Source: Candidatus Altiarchaeota archaeon (GTDB lineage: Archaea > SpSt-1190). From it: 35,940 nucleotides of DNA. The stretch is taken from the NCBI GenBank assembly GCA_018221005.1, contig JAAOXW010000015.1, forward strand, positions 1 to 35,940, in the 5' to 3' direction. The translations under genes were made by a program, and so were the position numbers. The notes beneath the pieces were generated by a model. It saw nothing but the letters and a program-made list of their open reading frames with translations. It did not search any database and was not told the origin of the DNA. The stretch's first letter is position 1; the number at the start of each line of letters is the position of its first letter. This document shows positions 29,003 to 35,940 of the stretch, in pieces.

Positions 29003-29260
29003 CTATTCAACCGTGAACCAAGCCAAAAATTGCTCAGGAACCTTAATTTTTCCCAAATGAAGTAGTGCATCAAGGTACGCCCATGCAATTCCAAAGGCTT
29101 CAATGGCATCCTCACGCTCCCCTTTCTCCATAAAATGCACTGCATCATTGGCATAGGCTTGGGAGAGGGTCATAATTTGCTTAACACTTGCCCCAGTATC
29201 AAGGCTCTCAACAACCTTGAGAACTGTCTGCAGCTTGGCTAACTGGGCTTCTAGGTTCAT
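29003..29260 (-). CDS. small helical protein, DUF357-like
   Basis: AYANDAVHFMEKGEREDAIEAFGIAWAYLDALLHLGKI resembles, from memory, the archaeal DUF357 pattern (DA.yF...gd...Al.a..YA.GwLDa...lG.i). I prefer the start at MNLEAQLAKLQ (29260) over the track start at 29296, which overlaps gap. Confidence 0.5.
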   Translation of the reverse strand: MNLEAQLAKLQTVLKVVESLDTGASVKQIMTLSQAYANDAVHFMEKGEREDAIEAFGIAWAYLDALLHLGKIKVPEQFLAWFTVE

Positions 29261-29283
29261 GTAAAGAGGGAGCGCCCATGCTT

Positions 29284-30291
29284 TTAACAGATGCACATCT
29301 GCCTCTTACCAATCTCAAGAGTCCGGTCAGTGACAGGAACACTCTCATCCTTAGGTACCTCATAAATTGCACGAATAGCATCAATGTTGTCAGGCACCAC
29401 AATGGACTCTTGGTGGATGGCTTGAGAAAGGTATATTTTATTGCCATCCACTGTAAAGCCCTTGAAAACCACACTCTCAAAAATGTCGGAGCGAACGCGA
29501 AAGTCACGTGCAAAATCCACTATTTGTGCAGTTGATTTGAAACCAAGCGCAGGGTCTGCTAGTAAAATGCGTGGCTCATCCATAATAGCTTGAATCAAAT
29601 CACCTTCAGTCAACTGCTTCTCAGTTTCAATATACAAGTCATGGGTATGCATGATGGTGGAAGGTACCTTCCAAGCTGTTGTAAATAAATTTACATCCAT
29701 TACAGTCTTTACGTCAGGGGCGTGGTGCGAAATTCCAATTGGGTCAGGAACTATGGCATCAATGGGCCCCTTCTTATACTCCTTCGGATCCGCCGCACGA
29801 CGAATCAGGGTTGCATTGCAGAGCTTAATGCCAAACTTGCTCTGTACCAAGTGAAGAAGCCGGGATAGGCCGGTGGTGTTACAGCTCACCACACGCAAGA
29901 ATTTTTGGCCCATGGCTTCCTCATAGTTGGCGTTGGCATTAAATGACATGGATATGGTTGCCTTTTCGGCCCCTTGAAAAATAGCAGGCTTCCCCGCAGG
30001 AACATAAAATTTATCCTTATTCTCCTGACCATACTTCTTTGGTGCACAGTCAACAAGAATATCTGATTCATCAACCAATTCAGCAACAGAACCCTCAACC
30101 TCAATACCTGAGCCCTCAAACCGGGACTTGTCCATGCAGAAGAGTTTGTGATGGCGGTGTTTGGCAATGAGCGCCCCATAATCTGGGCTGTTTTTTACAA
30201 CACCCACTAACTTCATATCTTTTTGCAGTTCAACCGCATCGGCCACCCTGCGTCCAATCGTACCATATCCAACAATTCCGACTTTAATCAT
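29284..30291 (-). CDS. gap: archaeal type-II glyceraldehyde-3-phosphate dehydrogenase
   Basis: It has MIKVGIVGYGTIGRRVADAV and the catalytic VVSCNTTGLSRLL. The length of 335 aa is typical of archaeal Gap. The start overlaps the pgk stop by 4 nt. Confidence 0.9.
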   Translation of the reverse strand: MIKVGIVGYGTIGRRVADAVELQKDMKLVGVVKNSPDYGALIAKHRHHKLFCMDKSRFEGSGIEVEGSVAELVDESDILVDCAPKKYGQENKDKFYVPAGKPAIFQGAEKATISMSFNANANYEEAMGQKFLRVVSCNTTGLSRLLHLVQSKFGIKLCNATLIRRAADPKEYKKGPIDAIVPDPIGISHHAPDVKTVMDVNLFTTAWKVPSTIMHTHDLYIETEKQLTEGDLIQAIMDEPRILLADPALGFKSTAQIVDFARDFRVRSDIFESVVFKGFTVDGNKIYLSQAIHQESIVVPDNIDAIRAIYEVPKDESVPVTDRTLEIGKRQMCIC

Positions 30292-31337
30292 ACAATCACC
30301 AAACTTTCTCTGCTTTGCACAACCGCTTCAATACCGGGGAGAGTTCCACTCATGAGATATGCAAGAGCTGCCCCCCCAGAAGTGATAACCCCATCAAGGC
30401 CATTCTGATGTGCAATATTACCAGAGTGGCCACCCAAAATGGCAGTGCAGCGTTTCATCATTTCCAAACTACTCCGCACATGCCCTTCCTCATAAATTCC
30501 CAAAGGACCAGAAAATATACCCCCCGACTCATCGAGTATTTTGGAATACAACTTAACGGTCTTTGGACCGACATCAACAATTTTTCCATCTCTTTCAATA
30601 TAATCAACAGGCCCAATGATTTTGTTTTTGTGCTCCATGAGGAGTCCTGTCATCTCATTAGTAATTCCAGCCTTAGCGTCCTTGAACTGAACTGCGGGAA
30701 TTCCCCCTAGCAAAACTTTCCAACCACTCCCTAAAAGTTTTCCAACATACTTGCTCTTGTCCATCTTATTTCCACCCCAAACAAGAATTTTTTCAGGGGA
30801 GTTTCGTAGCGCCTCCAAACGCTGAACCTCCTCCATAAAAATATTACCAAGATGGCCTTCCATATGGAGTGGCATCATAACCGAGGTGTGATTCCGATGA
30901 CTGACTGCAGGGGCATTGTTAACATATACATCAAAGTGATTGGCAAGAAATTCACAAAGGCCATTCCGCCCACCTTCCTTTTCCAAAGTAGAGGCCCGCA
31001 CATTCTTTAGGAGATAAATACCGGGTGCTTGAGTGTCGCGGACAACTGCTTCCCCCATTAATGAATCAACATATTTTATGTCGGGGGCGCCTGAGGCTTT
31101 CAGGAGCTGTACCATAAATTCCATGTTTTCCTTGAAATCCACTTTGCCCTTTCGTCCACAGTGACTTAACAATACAACAGAGCATCCCCCCTCAGCCAGC
31201 TTTGCATACTTCCTTAGTTCTTGGGCATTTCTCCACGCTTTATACCCGCCCTCTTCAGCCCCATTCATATCAATTCGCAGCAAAATTCGCTTCTTCGTGC
31301 CATTTAGAGTTTCGGGCTTGAAGACGTAACGCTCCAC
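30288..31337 (-). CDS. pgk: phosphoglycerate kinase, divergent and short (349 aa)
   Basis: PGK motifs appear in order: LLRIDMN (RxDxN), VVLLSHCGRKG (AHxGRPxG), YLLKNVR (LLENxRF), GGNKMDKSK (GGAKvxDK), FSGPLGIYEEG (NGPxGxFE), and ILGGHSG / ITSGGAALAYL (GGGDs / STGGGAxLe). The GTG start is supported by a TATA-like box 24 nt upstream. Confidence 0.7.
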   Translation of the reverse strand: MERYVFKPETLNGTKKRILLRIDMNGAEEGGYKAWRNAQELRKYAKLAEGGCSVVLLSHCGRKGKVDFKENMEFMVQLLKASGAPDIKYVDSLMGEAVVRDTQAPGIYLLKNVRASTLEKEGGRNGLCEFLANHFDVYVNNAPAVSHRNHTSVMMPLHMEGHLGNIFMEEVQRLEALRNSPEKILVWGGNKMDKSKYVGKLLGSGWKVLLGGIPAVQFKDAKAGITNEMTGLLMEHKNKIIGPVDYIERDGKIVDVGPKTVKLYSKILDESGGIFSGPLGIYEEGHVRSSLEMMKRCTAILGGHSGNIAHQNGLDGVITSGGAALAYLMSGTLPGIEAVVQSRESLVIV

Positions 31338-31354
31338 AATGAGTCAACAAGGAA

Positions 31355-31366
31355 CTCATATAAAAG
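31355..31366 (-). promoter_or_regulatory. TATA-like box for the pgk operon
   Basis: The reverse strand reads cttttatatgag, centred about 24 nt upstream of the GTG at 31337. Confidence 0.45.
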
Positions 31367-31441
31367 TAATACTATGTATTACGTTTGGGTAATTTGCAAA
31401 ATTGTTTCTAACTTTCAAAAAAACTAAAAATTAGTTAGTAC

Positions 31442-32392
31442 TTAGCCGATGTCACGACGATTAAAAATCAAAATGCCAAGGCCTACTAGTAAGAGTGGTA
31501 TTAAGACCCATTTCAAGAAGGAGTGACCAAGGCTGTGGTAAGTTACCATCTGAAGACTCTGAAGAATAAAACCGTGGTCATAGTCAATTAGGAGTCCACC
31601 TTCGGGAACTACAAAGGTTCCAGTAAATGTGCCCACCACCATTTGAACAAAGGGAACTAACCGAGTTCCAACGACTTCAAGGGCCCCAACAAATACGTTG
31701 CCAAGGTCATAACCCAAATCAATTTTGTCGAGCATAAAACTCTCATAGACTCCTGCATCACGGGCAGCTCCACGGATGGGAATGAAAACAAAGAACGTGA
31801 GTACAAGAATAAGAATCATTGGAACTAAAGCCTTCATCCTGCTCGAAAACATAGTGGACAACGCCGCAGACATTGAACCAAAAATCAATGAAACAAAGAC
31901 TGAATAGAAAGTCAGGATGGGGAAAAGTGAAAGAACCCGGAAGAGTGAATAGAAATCAAGGCCAAAAAATGATGCCCAAAGATAAATTGACGCAAACAGT
32001 GAAAGAGCAGAAAGCATGAGGGCAGAAAGGGAAAATGCTAAAAATTTTGAGAGAAGGAGGCTGACTCTCTTAATGGGTTTGCTGACCATCATTAGCAGAG
32101 TGCCATCAGCTTCTTCTTGAGCTACAAAGGACGAACAAATCAAGGAGGACATAATGGCAGGTGCAATACCACAGACCCATACAAAGGCAAAAATTAGGAA
32201 GAAACCAATGAGAAACTCAGTTTTTAAGGCCATTCCTAAATTGGAGAACATTTGGGCCTCTTTGGAAACATTGACAAACAAAAACTGAGGCAGGAGCACA
32301 ACTACCAAATAAATCAACACTCGTTTCAAATTAAGTGCATCTGAAAGTGTCTTCTTGAAGATGGCTTTATTTATTAAGTCCATGATTTTCAC
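31442..32392 (-). CDS. ABC-2-type transporter permease
   Basis: 316 aa with about 6 hydrophobic helices. Its start overlaps the upstream ATPase gene by 26 nt. Confidence 0.7.
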   Translation of the reverse strand: MKIMDLINKAIFKKTLSDALNLKRVLIYLVVVLLPQFLFVNVSKEAQMFSNLGMALKTEFLIGFFLIFAFVWVCGIAPAIMSSLICSSFVAQEEADGTLLMMVSKPIKRVSLLLSKFLAFSLSALMLSALSLFASIYLWASFFGLDFYSLFRVLSLFPILTFYSVFVSLIFGSMSAALSTMFSSRMKALVPMILILVLTFFVFIPIRGAARDAGVYESFMLDKIDLGYDLGNVFVGALEVVGTRLVPFVQMVVGTFTGTFVVPEGGLLIDYDHGFILQSLQMVTYHSLGHSFLKWVLIPLLLVGLGILIFNRRDIG

Positions 32393-33326
32393 CCTCCGCT
32401 TTTTCGATTACTTTCATAAATATATTTTCCAGGGACATAGTGAATGGCGCAAATTCAGTAAGGTCTTGTTCATGCCCTTTGAATGCTGAAAACAAGGCCT
32501 TCTTGAAGGACAAGGGATTTTTGACAGTTGCCTCAATCTTCATGTGCTGGTTCATCCAAGCTTTCTCAACACCGTTAAGCCCGGATATGGTCTTCATAAA
32601 CTTTTCATTGTTGGTTGTATCCACCACAAAATGTTTTTCTGAAAATTTCTTGCGAAGCTCAGTCATATCCCCTTGCATAATCGCATTACCTTTATTCACA
32701 ATTGCCACATGATCCACAACCTTCTCAAGCTCTTGAAGGATGTGACTGCTCACGAAAATAGTTTTATTTTGTTTAGTAGCAAGGGCACGAATTTTGTCGA
32801 GAACCTCATGCCTTCCAATGGGATCTAAATTCGCCGTTGGTTCATCAAGAATTAAAATTTCGGGGTCATGAATTAGTGCCTGTACAATACTCAGCTTCTG
32901 CTTCATCCCTGAACTAAAGTTTCTGGCATTTCTGTCACGGAAATTTTCAAGCCCCATCCAAGCCAGCAACTCATCTGCTTTGCTTCGCGCCTCTTTCTGT
33001 GGCATGCCGCATAATTTAGCACTGTAAACTAAGAAATCAACGGCAGACATGGAGTAAAAGTTAGGGTGCTCTGACGAATATCCAATACTTGCCTTTGCCT
33101 TCACAGTGCCCGCAGAATGCCCAAGAATACTTGCCTTTCCCTTAGTTGCCCTCATAGCACCTACAAGCATTTTTATTGTGGTGGTCTTGCCGGCACCATT
33201 GGGGCCAATAAAACCGTATACAGTTCCTTTTTCGATTGAGAGATTGAGGTTATTAACGGCGGTGAGCCTCTTTCCAAACCTACCAAAGATTTTAGTCAAA
33301 TTGACTGTTTCTATTGCGTTTTCCAT
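32367..33326 (-). CDS. ABC transporter ATP-binding protein
   Basis: It has Walker A GPNGAGKTT, a signature-like FSSGMKQKLSIVQAL, Walker B ILILDEPTANLD and the H-loop VSSHIL, plus a C-terminal accessory domain of about 90 aa. Confidence 0.9.
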   Translation of the reverse strand: MENAIETVNLTKIFGRFGKRLTAVNNLNLSIEKGTVYGFIGPNGAGKTTTIKMLVGAMRATKGKASILGHSAGTVKAKASIGYSSEHPNFYSMSAVDFLVYSAKLCGMPQKEARSKADELLAWMGLENFRDRNARNFSSGMKQKLSIVQALIHDPEILILDEPTANLDPIGRHEVLDKIRALATKQNKTIFVSSHILQELEKVVDHVAIVNKGNAIMQGDMTELRKKFSEKHFVVDTTNNEKFMKTISGLNGVEKAWMNQHMKIEATVKNPLSFKKALFSAFKGHEQDLTEFAPFTMSLENIFMKVIEKAEGENHGLNK

Positions 33327-35940
33327 TTCACCACCCTAAGTACAATATACGCCCCAGCCAACAGAGCAAGTAGCGTATTCAACAAGGAAAGACTGGATGC
33401 TCCAAAAGTATCCACAGTATATCTGAACATTTTTTCATATCCATCTTTATTTGTGAATGATACTGCTACCTCGTGCTCACCATTTGAGAGACGGAGTTCA
33501 ATATACTCGTTTCTGGTTGCTGCTGAAAGTGTCCCGTCAACATATACATTAGTATAAAATTCCTTGCTCACATTTATTTTTACTAAGTTGCCTTCAACAT
33601 TAATTTCAGGTTCCTTTGTTTCCAAAATATCTAAGGTATATATTTCTCCTTGAGGGCCCGTCACTAAAGTTCCATCAGTTACGCCACCCCCATCAAAGTG
33701 GAAGAAGCCTTCAATTTTTCCACTAGTTAAATTATACATGGCAATTTTTCCGTCTTCATTTTCCCAATCCATCCGGGGAAGAGTAAATACCAACATATCA
33801 GTCCCTACTTTACTAATATCAGAAACAAAAGACCACTCCTGAGTATCCCACTCAGGCTCATCAATTTCAACAGTCTTAATCACCTTGTTATTTTGTGAAT
33901 CCCTAAAAACGAGTTTGGATCCTCCACCGCCGTGTGTTACAAGAGGAACTACAAAATCATCAAAGCCGTCACCATTCATATCATCAACAATCACAATGGC
34001 TTCAACCTGCCCATATCGATTCCACACATTCCAAAAAGCGTTGTCCTCTTCATACTCCCACTCGTAATTGGATGAAAATACTTTGATGTGCCCTCCCATC
34101 TCCTCAAAAATAATCGCATGTTCAAGGATGCCATCCCCATTAACATCGCCAAGGTTCTCAATGAAAGAAAATTCATTGAAGCTGCCAGAGTAAATTGTGT
34201 CATGAGTCTTTGTACTAAAAAAGTGAATGAGTGGTGGACGATTGGGTTGGTTAGTAGGTACCATCAAATCCTCAACACCATCCCCATCAATGTCTTCAAT
34301 TTTGGTAACGCCTTCTCTCCAAACATCATTCAAGAATCTCTGCCATACGGGAGTGTAATTTTGTCCGCCATCTAAACTCTCAACAAGTTGATGATTGCCA
34401 TCCCAATCAAACATGACAAATTCAGAAATTTCATCTCCATTAAGGTCGGAAACACAGAAAACAGAGTAGCCACGGTCAAACCAAGAAGCAGTAAACTCGT
34501 CAGTGTAGTTGATGTTGACGGGATTCTCATATCTCCAAGGTTGACTGTCTTTTAGCCACAATTCTTCAAAGCCCGTTGCACCATCTCTCAAAATTACAGT
34601 TCCGTCTGCTGAAATTAAAAGGTCATCAAAACCGTCATTATTGTAGTCACAGGAATCAAAATTATCTACACGGGACCTATACTCCACTTGGTCTAAATTT
34701 TTAAAGTCTATAAATCGAAGCAGTTCAAGGGTCTTCAAATCTGTAGGGTAATTTGAAATTTCATCTAACCACACAGCCACATCAAAATCACCATAAATAT
34801 CTTTTGCCTCTGAGATCCTGCCTTCCTTAAGTTCCCAAGGAATTGTTTCATATCGGTCCCAATTAAATGATTTCATTTCAGAAACAAAAGTTGTATCAAG
34901 AAGGTAATCATCAAGACGGCCCACATACGTTTTGTCTGTTGGATAAAATTGGTGGGTTACTTCTCCCGTTCTCGAATCAATAATAATTATTTCATCTGCT
35001 TCGTCCATGGTCTTATACAATAGGGCAATTCTTGTGCTCAGGTTTCCGCTGTTCAAAATTTTTATGTCAGAAATATATCCATTCGCACTCATTGTATCTG
35101 ACAAGACATACCGCCAAGACAGTTTGTTTTCACTTATACCAATTACAAATTTTGCTTGAGTTTCATCAAAGAATCTTGAATTTGTGTCATCAAAAAAGAC
35201 GCGGACATCTCCCGCCTCTTTATACTTTAAAAATTCACTCCGAGGCAAATACCACAAAGTTTTCCCACTAAAGTCAGTAAACTTGATTTCACAAGACGTT
35301 GTGATGAGTATTCCCTTTTCACTTACGTCCATCAGATATTGAGTTGATCTACAAGAGGGAGACGTAATAAGAATGTCTTCAAGGTGAGTTCCGTCAGAAA
35401 GCGCATATACACCCACTACATCCGTCCCATAGCTACTGGCCCCACCCATCACATAAAGTTGGGAATTATAACTATCCACATCAAGAATTGTTGTGGTCGT
35501 TTCCCATTCAACCTCTTCTCCCGTTAGCACCACCAACTTATCAGAGGCGTAGGCAACAGTCTTACCTTCCACCTCTTCAAGTTTAATATTCTGAAACAAA
35601 CTTCCAGAAGGGCCCATCTCCCCTACCATCTTTGAATATGTGCTGTATAGCACTTGCGTGGAATATTTTTTTATTTCCGTCTTACTTCCGGAAGTAAGCC
35701 AGTAAATGTTGCCATCTTCACAACTTGCTACTAACCCCTTTGTGATTTCCCAAACAGAACGGGTAAAGGTTTTTGAGCTGCTATTTGAAACGGGATCAAC
35801 AACCTCGTATGAGGGACAGACACTTTTTTCTTCACGAACTTGTAAGTTTTGATCCAGCACATATACCTTCCCTTCCTGAGTTGCCAAATAAAAGCTTCCG
35901 GCAGTCTCAACAAAATCCCAAATGTCATTATTGGCAGTAA
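33311..35940 (-). CDS. large surface protein with beta-propeller/FG-GAP-type repeats and a C-terminal TM anchor; 5' end outside the window
   Basis: The track gives a TTG start at 35887. However, the frame stays open upstream to 35940 (...TANNDIWDFVETAGSFYLATQEGKVYVLD), so the N-terminus is probably missing. FG-GAP-like calcium loops are present: DYNNDGFDDLLIS, DLNGDEISEFV, DIDGDGVEDLMV, DVNGDGILEHAI and DMNGDGFDDFVV. A PEGA-like segment (VYVDGTLSAATRNEYIELRLSNGEHEVAV) is followed by the TM helix LSLLNTLLALLAGAYIVL. The gene overlaps the ABC ATPase gene by 16 nt. Confidence 0.8.
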   Translation of the reverse strand, partial: TANNDIWDFVETAGSFYLATQEGKVYVLDQNLQVREEKSVCPSYEVVDPVSNSSSKTFTRSVWEITKGLVASCEDGNIYWLTSGSKTEIKKYSTQVLYSTYSKMVGEMGPSGSLFQNIKLEEVEGKTVAYASDKLVVLTGEEVEWETTTTILDVDSYNSQLYVMGGASSYGTDVVGVYALSDGTHLEDILITSPSCRSTQYLMDVSEKGILITTSCEIKFTDFSGKTLWYLPRSEFLKYKEAGDVRVFFDDTNSRFFDETQAKFVIGISENKLSWRYVLSDTMSANGYISDIKILNSGNLSTRIALLYKTMDEADEIIIIDSRTGEVTHQFYPTDKTYVGRLDDYLLDTTFVSEMKSFNWDRYETIPWELKEGRISEAKDIYGDFDVAVWLDEISNYPTDLKTLELLRFIDFKNLDQVEYRSRVDNFDSCDYNNDGFDDLLISADGTVILRDGATGFEELWLKDSQPWRYENPVNINYTDEFTASWFDRGYSVFCVSDLNGDEISEFVMFDWDGNHQLVESLDGGQNYTPVWQRFLNDVWREGVTKIEDIDGDGVEDLMVPTNQPNRPPLIHFFSTKTHDTIYSGSFNEFSFIENLGDVNGDGILEHAIIFEEMGGHIKVFSSNYEWEYEEDNAFWNVWNRYGQVEAIVIVDDMNGDGFDDFVVPLVTHGGGGSKLVFRDSQNNKVIKTVEIDEPEWDTQEWSFVSDISKVGTDMLVFTLPRMDWENEDGKIAMYNLTSGKIEGFFHFDGGGVTDGTLVTGPQGEIYTLDILETKEPEINVEGNLVKINVSKEFYTNVYVDGTLSAATRNEYIELRLSNGEHEVAVSFTNKDGYEKMFRYTVDTFGASSLSLLNTLLALLAGAYIVLRVVKWKTQ

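Overview
This 35.9-kb window is densely coded with moderate GC. It looks like a chromosomal segment of an uncultivated, probably small-genome (DPANN-like) archaeon. That is inference, based on: an archaeal type-II GAPDH overlapping a pgk gene; a two-subunit 2-oxoacid:ferredoxin oxidoreductase; tRNA genes without encoded CCA; and TATA-like boxes sitting about 23-27 nt upstream of many start codons, which implies leaderless mRNAs.

I support about 36 CDS and 3 tRNA genes: Gly-CCC, Arg-TCT and Ser-CGA. Two CDS run off the window edges, and one 47-codon ORF is missing from the supplied track. I saw no rRNA, CRISPR array, transposase or integrase.

Housekeeping genes:
- Nucleotide, redox and folding functions: udk-like kinase, CutA, Fe/Mn SOD, parvulin, OFOR alpha/beta, DUF59.
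- Envelope and lipid enzymes: alpha/beta hydrolase, acyltransferase-3, CDP-alcohol phosphatidyltransferase, DUF1295.
- A pgk-gap-DUF357-SIS operon, a second SIS protein, an NYN-domain protein, and an ABC-2 exporter.

Accessory or unusual content:
1. A co-oriented block at 19287-26886 contains four genes I cannot assign. It is dominated by a 1386-aa surface protein with about 10% cysteine and modular repeats, and by a 751-aa two-TM coiled-coil protein with EF-hand/TSP3-like calcium loops. This is my best candidate for an undescribed cell-surface system.
2. Immediately upstream, at 27055-27190, lies a 13-unit array of degenerate TAAC-type repeats with a mean period of 10.25 bp.
3. Two paralogous secreted NosD-like beta-helix proteins carry MopE-like Cys/Asp repeats, with a tiny Cys/His ORF between them.
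4. A double beta-propeller (FG-GAP) surface protein overlaps an ABC-2 ATPase/permease pair.
5. There is a tandem pair of unknown 215-aa paralogs.
6. The tRNA flanks are rich in hairpins, and the tRNA-Gly 3' end is duplicated in an att-like arrangement.

All family calls come from motif recognition by eye. No searches were run.
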